A DNA stretch of 64,000 bases from a virus (IMGVR_UViG_2690316366_000001:32001-96000), one strand, 5' to 3'; positions 18,335 through 28,941 are shown, numbered from the stretch's first letter. Numbers and translations are program-made. The notes: generated by a model from the sequence alone, not told the origin.

Positions 18335-19422
18335 CGCGCGAAGACACCGCCGAGATCAAGAAGCGGCTGAACGAGCAGTTGGAGCGCGTCCTTGACCATT
18401 TCTGGAAGGGGTACAAGACGCGCGGCAAGATCGCGTATCCCACTCCCGGCGTCAGAGGCGACCTCGGTTCGTTTCAGGTCTATCTGGGGACAGTCGGTAA
18501 ATACGCGCGCGGGTCTTGGGTGCGGAGCTCGGCCAGCATCGGAGGCGACGAGATCAATCTCTTCGCCTACGGCCTGACTGGAAGCCATCGCGCCGACGCT
18601 GAGGTGTTCGATCGCGCCCGTGAATTCGTCGGGCTCGATCGCGCCCGGGAGGAGACACCAGAGCAGCAGAGACGGCGAGAGGACAGAGCAGCCGAGGCCG
18701 CGGCGAAGCGGGCCGCAGACGACCAACGCGCCGCCGAGCACGTCCAGGCGCGCCAGCACACCGCCGCAGAGATATGGCAGCAGGCCGTCCCGATCGCCGG
18801 CACGCATGCAGAGGCCTATCTGCTGGCCCGTGGCATCCCTGTCCCGCCCTGCGGGTGGGATGAGTGTCTGCGCTTTCATGGCCGGGTGATATACGACCTC
18901 GATGACCGGCTATCCTTTCCCACGCTGGTTGCCCGCGTCGATGACGTCTTCGGCGACCTGACCGCGATCTGGAAAGTCCACCTCGATCCCGCAAAAGCGG
19001 CGAAGGCTCCCGTCAACAAAGCCAAGATTGGCGCTGGTGCGGCTGCCGGCGGCGCCGTGCGGATCGGCGGCGTAGCGGCTCATATAGGCCTCGGCGAGGG
19101 GCTGGAAACCTGTCTCGCCGCGCGCGCGCTGATCAAGTACCGACGCCCGGTATGGGCGGGCCTCAGCACCAGCGGCGTCGCCGGGCTCGAGCCGCCGATC
19201 GAGGTGGAGCGGATCACCTCGTTCCCGGACGGCGACAAGCCGTGGCGGCGCCAGGACGGTGAGCTCATCCTGGCCGAGCCCGCCGGTCGCGCCGCGGTGC
19301 GGAAGCTTCATGAACGCATGGTCGCAATCGGAAAACTGCACGACAGCCAGCCGGAGCCGCGCATGCGGACCGACTATCTCGACATCTGGAATGCGCGGCG
19401 ACGCGTGGAGGCCTCAGCTTGA
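18331..19422 (+). CDS. Toprim-domain primase-like protein
   Basis: AEAYLLARGI; GGAVRI; GEGLET; FPDGD. Confidence 0.85.
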   Translation: MTREDTAEIKKRLNEQLERVLDHFWKGYKTRGKIAYPTPGVRGDLGSFQVYLGTVGKYARGSWVRSSASIGGDEINLFAYGLTGSHRADAEVFDRAREFVGLDRAREETPEQQRRREDRAAEAAAKRAADDQRAAEHVQARQHTAAEIWQQAVPIAGTHAEAYLLARGIPVPPCGWDECLRFHGRVIYDLDDRLSFPTLVARVDDVFGDLTAIWKVHLDPAKAAKAPVNKAKIGAGAAAGGAVRIGGVAAHIGLGEGLETCLAARALIKYRRPVWAGLSTSGVAGLEPPIEVERITSFPDGDKPWRRQDGELILAEPAGRAAVRKLHERMVAIGKLHDSQPEPRMRTDYLDIWNARRRVEASA

Positions 19423-20741
19423 CGGTTCGAATTCTCAATGGTGATTGCCGGGCCGTCGTCCGGCTCCTGCCTTCCAACTCGGTGCACGCCTGCGTCTGCT
19501 CGCCGCCGTACTTCCGCCTCCGCGACTACAAGATGGCTGGCCAGATCGGGCTCGAGAACTCGCCGGAGGCCTATATCGCGGAGCTCGTCGACCTCTTCCG
19601 GGAGATCCGGCGCGTTCTGCGGGATGACGGCTCGCTCTGGATTAACATCGGCGACTGCTATGCAGGATCCGGCCGTGGCGGCAATCCGGCGGCGGCGTCA
19701 TCGACGCTTCTCGGCACTTTGCAGTCACAGGAAGCGTCGATGGTGGTCCGACAGAACTGGGAGATTGGTGCCAGCTCGAGGACCGCGGCGCAGACCGAGC
19801 GCGGCAGCCGCTTGCCGGCCGGCATCCAGGCGAAAGCCCAGGGTGACGGCGCGATCGGGCGAGCATGGGAGCCGCCGCCGGGCGGCTTGAAGCAGAAAGA
19901 CCTGATCGGCATCCCGTGGATGCTGGCGTTCGCGCTGCGCGCGGACGGCTGGTGGCTGCGCAAAGACAACATTTGGGCCAAGCCAAATGGCATGCCCGAA
20001 AGCACGCGGGATCGGTCGACCAGCGCGCACGAATACGTCTTCCATCTCACGAAGTCGGAGACATATTACCACGGCTATGAGGACGTCAGGCTGCCAGCGG
20101 CGCCGGAGTCGGTAACACGTCTTGCGCGCGCTATGCGCGACCGCCTCGGCGCAGAGGATGGCGGCCTTGTTGTCAGCGGCGGCGGCTACGCGCCTGATGG
20201 GCAGCCGCCGCACGCAGGCGCGCGCAAGCGCGATCGCCAGCGAGGGCACGGGCGGCGCCATGCCGGCTTCAACGATCGCTGGGACGGCATGTCGGTGGCC
20301 GAACAGCGCGCCAACGGCGCGGCTCTTCGGTCTGTCTGGTGGGTCGCGCCGGGCGGCTTCAATGACGAGTTCTGCACCGGTTGCCGGCGGTTTTACGCGA
20401 GCGCCGACGTCGGGAGGCTCCGAACTGAGAAGGTCGAGCGGGACGGTCGCAAGTTCACGCTCCGATATTGCGAATGTGGTTCGCATCAGGACTGGCTGAA
20501 CCATTTCGCGGTGATGCCGCCGGAGGTCGCAGCGGTTTGCATCCTGGCCGGCGTACCGCCTGGCGGTACCGTGCTTGATCCCTTCGCGGGCGCCGGCACC
20601 ACCGGACTGGTTGCGGATCGGCTGCAGCGCGACGCCATCCTGATCGAGTTGAACGCTGACTATGCCGAAATGGCGGCCAGGCGCATCAGTGCCAGCCACC
20701 CCATGCTGACCTCTGTTGAGCTCGAGGCGGTGTCCGCATGA
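19419..20741 (+). CDS. N4-C/N6-A DNA methyltransferase (beta class)
   Basis: CSPPY; WAKPNGMPES; HFAVMP; VLDPFAGAGTT. Confidence 0.92.
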   Translation: MTVRILNGDCRAVVRLLPSNSVHACVCSPPYFRLRDYKMAGQIGLENSPEAYIAELVDLFREIRRVLRDDGSLWINIGDCYAGSGRGGNPAAASSTLLGTLQSQEASMVVRQNWEIGASSRTAAQTERGSRLPAGIQAKAQGDGAIGRAWEPPPGGLKQKDLIGIPWMLAFALRADGWWLRKDNIWAKPNGMPESTRDRSTSAHEYVFHLTKSETYYHGYEDVRLPAAPESVTRLARAMRDRLGAEDGGLVVSGGGYAPDGQPPHAGARKRDRQRGHGRRHAGFNDRWDGMSVAEQRANGAALRSVWWVAPGGFNDEFCTGCRRFYASADVGRLRTEKVERDGRKFTLRYCECGSHQDWLNHFAVMPPEVAAVCILAGVPPGGTVLDPFAGAGTTGLVADRLQRDAILIELNADYAEMAARRISASHPMLTSVELEAVSA

Positions 20742-22168
20742 GCAAACGCCCCGCCGCCGCGCCCAATAGGCCGACCCAAAATGTCCGGGCTGAGGAAGCC
20801 ATCATCGGAAAAATTTTGGGGTCGGCCGAGACTTTCTGGGCCGTCTCGGATCGCGTGTCGGCGGACCAATTCACGCTGCACCACCACCGCCTGATCTTCT
20901 CCGCCGTGGAGGACTGCTGCGTCAACGGTGCCGGGCCCGCCCTGTCGCTGCTCGAGTCCAAGCTGCCGACCGAATTCGACGGCGTCGGCGATACCGAAGC
21001 TGTGCTCCAGATCCTGATCGAGAAAGCTGCCGACGTCAGCAGCGCGCTGGATTTCGTTGACGATATTGTGCTGGCATGGCGGGAACGCGCGCGGATCGAG
21101 CTCGGCAAGGTTGCGAGCGCTCCAAATAAGACCTTCGACCAAACCCGGCAGGACATCGACGACCTGCTCCGCGTCGTCGACGATCATGACCGGGTACGGC
21201 ATGCCGTCAGCCTGGCCGACGCCGCCGGGACTGCCATGATCAAGGCGGCCGAAGCCTACGAGCGCCGCGGCAGGCGCGCCGTCGGCGTGCTTACCAAGAT
21301 CCCGGAACTGGATGAAGTGCTCGGACCCATCGTCGGCGGCACAACCGTCACGCTGGCCGCGCCATCCGGCCACGGCAAATCGGCGTTAATGGCTCAGATC
21401 CTGCGGGACAACGCCGGGCCATCGCTGGATGATACGAGCATTTTCCCGGGGTTCTCGCTGAGCCTCGAAATGTCTGCGGAGCAGATTGCATATCGCGACA
21501 TTGCGTCGCTATCCGGCGTCGCGGTCAAGAAGCAGATCAGCGGCGACTTCAACCAGAAGGAATTCCTGGACATCCGCCGGGCGAAGGAGCAGCTCGAGTC
21601 GACCAAGGTCTGGGTCCAAGACCGTAGCCGGATGACGATCAAGCAAATCGGCAATGAATTCCGGAAGGCGAAGCGCCGGTACGGTGTGAAGCAGTTTTGC
21701 ATCGACCACCTGAAGCTGGTCGAGCCCGAGCAGGAGCATTGGAACGTCGTCCGTACGGTCGAATACGCCTCGGCCTACACCAAGGATCTCGCGAAGGAGC
21801 TCGACGGCGTTGTCTGGCAACTCGCGCAACTGACTCGTGAGGGACAGCGCGCACCCAGCTGGAAATTCGGAAGCGGCGACATCTACGGTGGCGGCCTCAT
21901 CGTTGAGAACAGCGACATCATCATCGGCCTGACAATTCCCAAGATTTGGCTCCGCGACAATGAGCCAGAGCCTGCCAGCGAGGAAAACCCGAAAGGACGA
22001 GAGCAGCGCGACCGTTGGCTTCGAGAATGGGAGATTTGGAAGGAGAAGGCGGCCTTTGCTGTCTTCAAGAACCGCAGCGGCACCGGCAGCAAGTGGAAGG
22101 AGGTCGACTTCAATGGACCGCGGATGCTGTTCGGGGGTATCGCAAATAGAGAGGAGATACCCTTTTGA
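20738..22168 (+). CDS. dnaB: DnaB-like replicative helicase
   Basis: AEEAIIG; APSGHGKS Walker A; SLEMS; IDHL; LAQLTR; KNRSG. Confidence 0.88.
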   Translation: MSKRPAAAPNRPTQNVRAEEAIIGKILGSAETFWAVSDRVSADQFTLHHHRLIFSAVEDCCVNGAGPALSLLESKLPTEFDGVGDTEAVLQILIEKAADVSSALDFVDDIVLAWRERARIELGKVASAPNKTFDQTRQDIDDLLRVVDDHDRVRHAVSLADAAGTAMIKAAEAYERRGRRAVGVLTKIPELDEVLGPIVGGTTVTLAAPSGHGKSALMAQILRDNAGPSLDDTSIFPGFSLSLEMSAEQIAYRDIASLSGVAVKKQISGDFNQKEFLDIRRAKEQLESTKVWVQDRSRMTIKQIGNEFRKAKRRYGVKQFCIDHLKLVEPEQEHWNVVRTVEYASAYTKDLAKELDGVVWQLAQLTREGQRAPSWKFGSGDIYGGGLIVENSDIIIGLTIPKIWLRDNEPEPASEENPKGREQRDRWLREWEIWKEKAAFAVFKNRSGTGSKWKEVDFNGPRMLFGGIANREEIPF

Positions 22169-22431
22169 CAAACGTCACTTAATCCCGGATCGGGTTTCGG
22201 CCGAGATTGGCACTCCGCAGAGGGCTCGCAGGGTGCAGCCAACGGGCTCGGCCAATAGGCCGGCCCCACTTCGATGTGCGCGATCGACAGAGACCACAGT
22301 CAGTTCGTGGGCAGCAGGATATAAGCTATTCAAGTTGGGTTCATGTCCGCTGGGTTATGAGCATTCAGCAACTTCCACCCGATTGAAAGTTGCGCTAGAG
22401 TTCCAGAATTACTCGCTTTAAAGGAGTAGTT

Positions 22432-22803
22432 ATGAAACGTCTCGGTATTGTTTTGTGCATTGCGAGCATCGTTGGACTGGCCAGCGCAGCGTCAGCGAAA
22501 GATCAATTCACTTACCTAGAAGGCAAGTGGACGCCAGTTACAGGCGATGACATTGGCGACTCCATCTGGTTTCACGAGAGTTTTGGTGGATGGGACGCAA
22601 ACATCGCCTGGTGGGGGCAGACGGACATAAGCCGCTCGAATGGATATCGCGGTTCGCACATCAAGGTTGAGGGTCGAGCCGGAGACCGATGCTATTACTA
22701 TGTAAGCCCGATAAACAAAAATAGGATGGCCTGGAATTTGAGATTTGCTGAGTCTGGCAACTGTCCTCGCTCGATTGTATTGGAACGTGACCCACTGCCG
22801 TAA
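22432..22803 (+). CDS. secreted hypothetical protein; moron
   Basis: Signal peptide; AAGGAG RBS; lower GC. Confidence 0.75.
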   Translation: MKRLGIVLCIASIVGLASAASAKDQFTYLEGKWTPVTGDDIGDSIWFHESFGGWDANIAWWGQTDISRSNGYRGSHIKVEGRAGDRCYYYVSPINKNRMAWNLRFAESGNCPRSIVLERDPLP

Positions 22804-22835
22804 AGACTTGCCAGTAGTTTCGATCAGGTACATCG

Positions 22836-24047
22836 ATGCGCTTGGTATTCTTTTTCCTTGCATATCTCTCTTCGATGAGTGCGTCGTTCGCTTCTAACGA
22901 CTTCGATTACCTAATCGGTAAGTGGACGCCGATTACCGGACCGAAGACCGGTGATCCATTTTGGTTTAGCAAGGCCTTCGCCGGTTACGATGCGAATATC
23001 CCATGGTGGGGGCAGGCTGCGATTGTGGAGTCAGAGGGAAAGTACGGTTCACATCTCAAAGTCGCAGCTGGCAAGGGCGGAGCCAACGCGGAGTGCTTCT
23101 ACTACGTTAGTAAGATTGGGGAGCGCAAAATGGCGTGGAACTTGCGATATCCTCCGAATGAGACATCGGAATGTCCTGGATCTCTGGTTTTCGAACGGGA
23201 AAACTCTGGTGAGTTGGATGCAAGCTTGAAGAGAGTGAGAGGGTTTTTGCAGTCAACTGATTATGACACCGCGCTCTCGGAGGCTAACGCGGCCGTTAAG
23301 ATTGATGGAAGCTCTCCAGCAGCCTTCGAAATTCGGGGAGAAGTTAACTGGACTAGAAAGAATTATTCCGCGGCTTTGTCCGATTTCAGCGATGCCATCA
23401 GATTGTGTCCGGAGTCGGATACGCTACGGCTATCCCGACTCTATCTCTGGAGGGGAGTGACACACGCCAATTTAAAAGAGATGGATCAGGCTGTCGGAGA
23501 TTACAGTTCAGTAATCAGGCTTAGTCCGGATGGCCCATACAGCAAGCGAGGCTTAAACAATCGGGGATGGATTTATTACGATCGGAACAATTTTTCTGCT
23601 GCGAAGCGCGACTTTGAAGCGGCGTTAGCGAAAGATCCAAACTATGAGAACGCTCGTAACGGATTGAACAATACCAAGGAGCGGCTGGCGACAGTCGATA
23701 TGAATTTCTGCAACGATACCAGCACTGTTCTCTGGGTGGCCGTTTCAGCTGGGCAGTGGCCGTCTACGGACGCTGTTGTCAGGGGATGGTATGAAGTTGA
23801 TCCGAAAAAATGCGAAACTGTGGGGCGAGTTTCCAAGTCGGTACCATTCTTATTCATCGCCGACGGCACAGATGGCAGGAAATGGCGCGGGGAGGGCGAG
23901 AACTCCAGAAGAATTTGCATAAATAATAAAACTTACAATCGAAAAGTGGTTCCTCAATATCGATGCAGTCCCGATGAAACGCTTCAAGTTTTCCACAGGA
24001 CATTCTTCGGTGAGAATGAGTACGAGCATACAGAACGCATTCAGTAG
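22836..24047 (+). CDS. secreted TPR + DUF1036-like protein; moron
   Basis: Signal peptide; about 4 TPRs; FCNDT...VAV...RGWYEVDPKKC. Confidence 0.8.
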   Translation: MRLVFFFLAYLSSMSASFASNDFDYLIGKWTPITGPKTGDPFWFSKAFAGYDANIPWWGQAAIVESEGKYGSHLKVAAGKGGANAECFYYVSKIGERKMAWNLRYPPNETSECPGSLVFERENSGELDASLKRVRGFLQSTDYDTALSEANAAVKIDGSSPAAFEIRGEVNWTRKNYSAALSDFSDAIRLCPESDTLRLSRLYLWRGVTHANLKEMDQAVGDYSSVIRLSPDGPYSKRGLNNRGWIYYDRNNFSAAKRDFEAALAKDPNYENARNGLNNTKERLATVDMNFCNDTSTVLWVAVSAGQWPSTDAVVRGWYEVDPKKCETVGRVSKSVPFLFIADGTDGRKWRGEGENSRRICINNKTYNRKVVPQYRCSPDETLQVFHRTFFGENEYEHTERIQ

Positions 24048-24445
24048 GTTGTCCTCGTCAGCTGCGTGGGCAACTCCTGAGCTTCCGACCAGGCGGCTTG
24101 CACTCGATGAACTGTAGCCCGAAACCCGGGAAGTGATGAGAAGCATCACTCTCGTTGTCGTCATCGGAGTCCACCACTCCGCACATCGAGTAACCTGTCG
24201 CGCGCGTTGTTCGGGTCGGTGTCCCGGTCGCCGGTAAGCGTTGATCCAAACCTTGAGCGGGCTTGGGAGCGAGGCTGAGGGCTGGCGGCAGAGTTGACGC
24301 ACACTGCCGGTCCATGCGCCTGCCGACGAGGTGGAGGATATCGGAGCAGTCACGGTGCCCTCCGATAAACACGGTGGATGACGATCCAACTTTCCGCTTG
24401 CAATCGTAGACAAATCACCTCAGCGAAATCTATTCGTGATTCTGC

Positions 24446-25360
24446 GTGGAGGATGGAATGTCTGAAGCACGGATCACGGATGTCTCGACGACGCACGTCG
24501 ACAAGGAGCGAGATCGCCGCGCTCGCGTTTTCCAGCGTGATATTCGGCGGGCCAAGCCGATGTGCTCGTACGCCGGTCTTTCGTACGACGCGCAGATCGT
24601 GCTTGAAGAAGAGCGCGCAAGGGCCCGCCGCATTGGCGAAGCCGGCATCGAATGGGCCATGGGCTACGACACCCCCGTCGCACGCCTGGTGACGGAGTAT
24701 TTCCGTTCGAACAAGCTGTTTCAGCAAGGCTACCAGCATGCTGCAGTTCGCGCTGCTGACTTGCTCAATATTCTGGGCAAGCCGCTGACGAAGAAGGAGC
24801 GGAAGGCGAAGGACGAGGAGGGCCGTCTTGCCAGCGGCAAGCGCAAGCACGTCATCCCGGATCCCCAAAACCCGTCGCTCAACGTGATGGTCGACACCGT
24901 GCGGGCATCGCACCTGAACCTGACGGAATCCAAAAAGCGGGGCGCGGCCGACCCGGAAGACAAGCTCCGTCAAAGTGCCGCGGACCGATTTCGCCGAGAC
25001 TTCGACTTGGCCATGTTCCACGGGTCGAGAGGGTTCGCGCTGCAGGACAAGGTCGATGGTGTGGGTGGCGGATCGCCATCTCATACCATCGCCCTCGAGG
25101 CTAGCGGCCGTCTGAAAGAAGTCGAGCGGCTCCTCGGCGAGCGTCAGTTCGACATCCTGTTCGCCAGGATCGGACTCGAGCACAGCAGCGAGGACGTCCG
25201 CCTGCAAGGCGGCGAAGAGCACAGAACAAACAACGCTGACTTCCGTGTCGCACTGAACGCGCTCGTCAAGCTCTACGACGGCATCGTGATCGTCGACCGG
25301 ACGTGGGATGCGGTGCGCCGGCTCAAGACCGCCTCCGGCATGGGCTTGCGGAAGAAGTAG
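24446..25360 (+). CDS. hypothetical protein in late-regulator (Q) position
   Basis: 304-aa ORF at the end of the middle operon; AADRFRRDF...LNALVKLY. Confidence 0.6.
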   Translation: MEDGMSEARITDVSTTHVDKERDRRARVFQRDIRRAKPMCSYAGLSYDAQIVLEEERARARRIGEAGIEWAMGYDTPVARLVTEYFRSNKLFQQGYQHAAVRAADLLNILGKPLTKKERKAKDEEGRLASGKRKHVIPDPQNPSLNVMVDTVRASHLNLTESKKRGAADPEDKLRQSAADRFRRDFDLAMFHGSRGFALQDKVDGVGGGSPSHTIALEASGRLKEVERLLGERQFDILFARIGLEHSSEDVRLQGGEEHRTNNADFRVALNALVKLYDGIVIVDRTWDAVRRLKTASGMGLRKK

Positions 25361-25371
25361 GGGCCGGATCG

Positions 25372-25566
25372 ATGTCGCTCGGACGGTTTGCTCCCAACGC
25401 CCGCGAAACCCCGCTGGAGACCAAGCAGCGGGTTTGGCGTGAATACGGTCTCCTTCTGGTTGACGTCGATAAGGACCAGATGACCTGGGACCAGCGCGAA
25501 ATGCTGCGCTCGATGGGCCGCAAAATGTTCGGTCCGAGGCGCAACGAGAAGGTGAGCGGTCGATGA
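25372..25566 (+). CDS. hypothetical protein
   Basis: In-operon ORF, coupled to the next gene. Confidence 0.55.
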   Translation: MSLGRFAPNARETPLETKQRVWREYGLLLVDVDKDQMTWDQREMLRSMGRKMFGPRRNEKVSGR

Positions 25567-25787
25567 GCCGAGAGAGCCGCAGAGAGCGGGCCATGAATCT
25601 GTTCGAGGAATGGAAGCGAGATCCGGACGCGTTCAACGAGCGCTATCGAATTCCGATGACGTTTCAGTGCGGACAGGACCCGAAGGTTGGAGCGCTCAAC
25701 TCGATCGCCAACCATGTGCTCGGCAGCGGTTATGTCGTCCACGAAGTCATCTGCGCCGATCCGGTCCTGTTCCTGGAGCCGGTATGA
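25563..25787 (+). CDS. hypothetical protein
   Basis: ATGA-coupled on both sides. Confidence 0.55.
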   Translation: MSRESRRERAMNLFEEWKRDPDAFNERYRIPMTFQCGQDPKVGALNSIANHVLGSGYVVHEVICADPVLFLEPV

Positions 25788-26128
25788 CCCGCGCCCGTAT
25801 CCCGACGCTCGGCCCACGCGTGCCGACGCTCGACACCCGCAAAGTGAAACCGCCACCCAAGCTGGCCGACCCGCATTACCAGACCGCTGAGCACAAGGAC
25901 TGGGCCCGGAAGGTTAAGGGCCGCGCCGGCTGGCGGTGTGAGCACGTCGAGGACGGTCGCCGATGCGAGCGGAGCCGGGCCAACGGCGACCAGGTCTATG
26001 CCGACCACGTCATCGAGATCCGGGACGATCGATCACGCGCGTTGGATCTAGACAATGGAGCCTGCAAATGCGCCGAGCACAACGTCCGGAAGGGACTGGA
26101 AGCTCGAGCAAACCGCATGAGATCGTAG
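25784..26128 (+). CDS. terminase-associated-type HNH endonuclease
   Basis: RAGWRCE...C...ADHVIEIRD...LDLDNGACKCAEHN. Confidence 0.82.
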   Translation: MTRARIPTLGPRVPTLDTRKVKPPPKLADPHYQTAEHKDWARKVKGRAGWRCEHVEDGRRCERSRANGDQVYADHVIEIRDDRSRALDLDNGACKCAEHNVRKGLEARANRMRS

Positions 26129-26137
26129 GAGGGAGCA

Positions 26138-26419
26138 ATGTCGAGAGAGCCGACATCGCGCGCTGACGCGCTCCGTGCCCAGCGGGAAGCTAACTGGGAG
26201 CGGAATCAGGCACTGAAGCGCGAACTCGACGCACGCGACGCCGTAGCAGCGGCGGCCGCTGCCAAGGATGAAACGCCGGCGCCGAAGCGGGCACCGACGA
26301 AGAGGGGCAGAAGCGCGGAAGGGTCCGAAGGAGATAGCCAGCGCACTAACTCTGGATCTCTCCGATCACTCGATAGTGCTTGCGGGGTAAAACGCCGACC
26401 TCGGAACGTCCGCGGATGA
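26138..26419 (+). CDS. hypothetical protein
   Basis: GGAGG RBS; 3' end overlaps a convergent gene. Confidence 0.45.
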   Translation: MSREPTSRADALRAQREANWERNQALKRELDARDAVAAAAAAKDETPAPKRAPTKRGRSAEGSEGDSQRTNSGSLRSLDSACGVKRRPRNVRG

Positions 26420-27332
26420 ACGGACGCCACCAGTATATCCCGCTCTTGCGGACCTTGAAGTGGCCCCGAACCTCATGCTCTCGTATCTCCGCATCGGATA
26501 GGTGCTGGGCCTCGGCACTTGCGGACTGTCGGGATGAGAGTTTGATCGTTACAATCGAATGACTGAGACGCTTTGGCTTGGTGCCGGTGCGCTTCCGATT
26601 GATCTTTGAAAGGTCGGCATCGACTATGTCGATGGCATTGCGGCTGTTCAAGAGCGCAATTGCTGCGATTACTCGCTTGCTCTCGCCGACCAAATTCTCA
26701 GCTGCTGAAGCCTCTAATTGCTTTAACTGCAACGGTGGAACAGTTTTGATTAATGCACCGTAGAAACGGCAGGGGGTGGCCGACTCTAGGCTGGTCAGTG
26801 CTTTGATTGCATCCCACTCACGTTCGTTGCCGCTAAACCTCTGGACGTATTCATCGGATATCTCCCATTTGGATCGAGGCACCCAATCGGGGAATTGCCC
26901 GCTGGGACAGATAAATGAACTCAAATATGAAAGGTTCAACCGGGCGGACTCGTCGTGCAAGCCTCTCGCGACCGCAGAGGCTCGGGAGTGCAGCCAAACG
27001 TAGCTAGCCAAAATCAGCCCTTCTTCGGGCGTTTCAAGGAGCACGCCGAACTTGTCGGGCATCGGCAAGCTTTCAGTTGCCTCGCTGCGGTGAAGTGACC
27101 TGCGCTCAGACCATTCGAGCCAAACCGTTGGGAAAGGCAGTCGAACCATCGGAACCGCTGACAGCAGGCTCGACGGCTTTGCGAAAGCAACTTGGCTCAT
27201 GGCCTCGGCGGAGGTATCGCTGAATAGAAACCGCTGGGCCGTCCTGAGTTGGGTGGCAAGTTGGGTGATGGCTCCGCGAAACTGGCGATCGGCTGCAGAT
27301 CCGACATTCTCGAGAACGATATCGGCTAACAT
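26346..27332 (-). CDS. hypothetical protein with C-terminal HxVRGH...WxxPxxRG motif
   Basis: 328-aa ORF, lower GC; HEVRGHFKVRKSGIYWWRPFIRG. Confidence 0.75.
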   Translation of the reverse strand: MLADIVLENVGSAADRQFRGAITQLATQLRTAQRFLFSDTSAEAMSQVAFAKPSSLLSAVPMVRLPFPTVWLEWSERRSLHRSEATESLPMPDKFGVLLETPEEGLILASYVWLHSRASAVARGLHDESARLNLSYLSSFICPSGQFPDWVPRSKWEISDEYVQRFSGNEREWDAIKALTSLESATPCRFYGALIKTVPPLQLKQLEASAAENLVGESKRVIAAIALLNSRNAIDIVDADLSKINRKRTGTKPKRLSHSIVTIKLSSRQSASAEAQHLSDAEIREHEVRGHFKVRKSGIYWWRPFIRGRSEVGVLPRKHYRVIGEIQS

Positions 27333-27338
27333 GCGGTC

Positions 27339-27668
27339 CTACTCGCCCTGTTCGATATCGGCGTCCGCCGGCATCTGCCTCAGCTTCTGATAGGGAAATT
27401 CACCGAGATCCGGATGCAGCCGGTCGTGCTGGATCATCGCAGCCGCAGCCATGCGAGCTGTCCCGTGCGCGTTCGGCAGCGTCATCATGGTCAGCGCTAT
27501 CGGCACCCAAGTCGGGATGTCGTTCCCCCCGTTGGCCCATTTCGTGACCGTGGTAAGGTTCTGGCACCAGATCCTGGCGAATGCGGGCACGGACATGCCT
27601 TGCTTGGCCAACTCGGCCTTGAAGTCCGCGGCCGAGATCTTGCGGTGAACAAATCGGGGTGGGGACAT
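27339..27668 (-). CDS. XRE-like HTH regulator near the distal end of the leftward array
   Basis: ISAADFKAELAKQGMSVPAFARIWCQNLTTVTKWANGGNDIP. Confidence 0.75.
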   Translation of the reverse strand: MSPPRFVHRKISAADFKAELAKQGMSVPAFARIWCQNLTTVTKWANGGNDIPTWVPIALTMMTLPNAHGTARMAAAAMIQHDRLHPDLGEFPYQKLRQMPADADIEQGE

Positions 27669-27761
27669 CTGGAGATTCCTTTCCGGTTGGGCACAATCGC
27701 CCGGAATCGGCCGTAGCCGAGGGGGTAGCACAAAATCGATCGTAGCCGGGAGTCCCGGCCG

Positions 27762-28133
27762 TCAGGTGTAGTCGAGCGGATTGACCATCTGCTTGCCGAC
27801 GGTCATCACCGGCGGGATGACGCCGCCGCGCTTAATCGCTGCCAGCCATTGCGCCTCCGTTCCCGTGAAGCCTGGTGCAGCCTCCACATGATGGTCGGCC
27901 AGCCATTTGGCGAGGGCCTCGGGCGAGGCGCACGGCGGCGAAACCGGTGTGCCGGCGCTGGTGGTCTCGTATAGCTGCCAATGCGTTCGCTCCGCGGCTG
28001 GCCAGGCCGGCATGCTGCGCGCGGGATCGGGCGAGGGCGCATCCGGGCCGGACTCGAGCAGCGGGACATATCGGCCGCCGGAGTTGCGGGGGTGCTGCCA
28101 GTCAGCGGGCACTTGCCTGACGGTTCTTGACAT
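27762..28133 (-). CDS. phage hypothetical protein
   Basis: VPADWQHP...WQLYETTSAGTPVSP...PEALAKWL; GAAAGGAG RBS. Confidence 0.75.
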   Translation of the reverse strand: MSRTVRQVPADWQHPRNSGGRYVPLLESGPDAPSPDPARSMPAWPAAERTHWQLYETTSAGTPVSPPCASPEALAKWLADHHVEAAPGFTGTEAQWLAAIKRGGVIPPVMTVGKQMVNPLDYT

Positions 28134-28169
28134 AGCAATCTCCTTTCAAAATCGATCGTATCCGGGGGA

Positions 28170-28442
28170 TCAGAACAGCGAGCCTTGCGCGGGCGCCGGC
28201 GGCTCAGGTTTAAGACGTCCGAGGTGCTCGACCGTCTCGCCTATGATCTGGTCGCGATCATCATCGATCAGCAGCCAACCATCATCGCCGCCCGCTGGAT
28301 CGTAAACCACGAAGTCACCGCCCCAACGCTTGAAGATGCGTTGGGCCACCAGGCGCACGGCCGCGGGAACGTCCGTTGCGGCGTCGAACCCGGCCCGCGT
28401 CACGATCTTGAAGCCGGCCGCCGTCAGTATCTGTTCGGTCAT
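28170..28442 (-). CDS. hypothetical protein
   Basis: 90-aa ORF coupled to the upstream gene. Confidence 0.65.
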   Translation of the reverse strand: MTEQILTAAGFKIVTRAGFDAATDVPAAVRLVAQRIFKRWGGDFVVYDPAGGDDGWLLIDDDRDQIIGETVEHLGRLKPEPPAPAQGSLF

Positions 28443-28633
28443 GTTCGCTGGCCCTTCGCTCGTTCAAGGGCCGCTTGCACCTCCCAAGCCTGATAGATCG
28501 CCCCTCGGGCTTCCGTAAGCTTCTCCCGAACCTCTGGCCGCAATCGCTGGTCATTCGAGTCCATGACGCGCGTGAGGCCGTCCAGGAGCCGGTTATAGGT
28601 GTCCCAGTGGAAAGGGTGCTTGCGTGCTGTCAC
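28439..28633 (-). CDS. hypothetical protein
   Basis: GTGA/ATGA coupling on both sides. Confidence 0.6.
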   Translation of the reverse strand: MTARKHPFHWDTYNRLLDGLTRVMDSNDQRLRPEVREKLTEARGAIYQAWEVQAALERAKGQRT

Positions 28634-28941
28634 CGCCGCGCCCTCGCGGCTGCATGAACCTTGCGGGCGAGCTCGTCGCGGATCGCGCGGCCAACGTCGG
28701 AGTCCTCCATAGCGGTCAGCCAAAGGCGTTCATCGTCCTTGACGACGGCCGCCGCGGCTTCCTCCAGCGTTTTGCCGGCCATGAAGTGCGGCGCCACGCG
28801 GGCAATGAAGGTCTTTTCGTCGTCCGTCAGCTGACGGCCCGGAGCCGGCGGCGCAGCGAAGGCACCTCCGAGCGCTTCGAGGACGCCGGCGCGCGCGCCT
28901 TCAACGGGACCGGAATAGATTTCAGTCTTCTTGGCCGTCAT
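28630..28941 (-). CDS. hypothetical protein
   Basis: GGAGG RBS; start MTAKKTE. Confidence 0.65.
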   Translation of the reverse strand: MTAKKTEIYSGPVEGARAGVLEALGGAFAAPPAPGRQLTDDEKTFIARVAPHFMAGKTLEEAAAAVVKDDERLWLTAMEDSDVGRAIRDELARKVHAAARARR

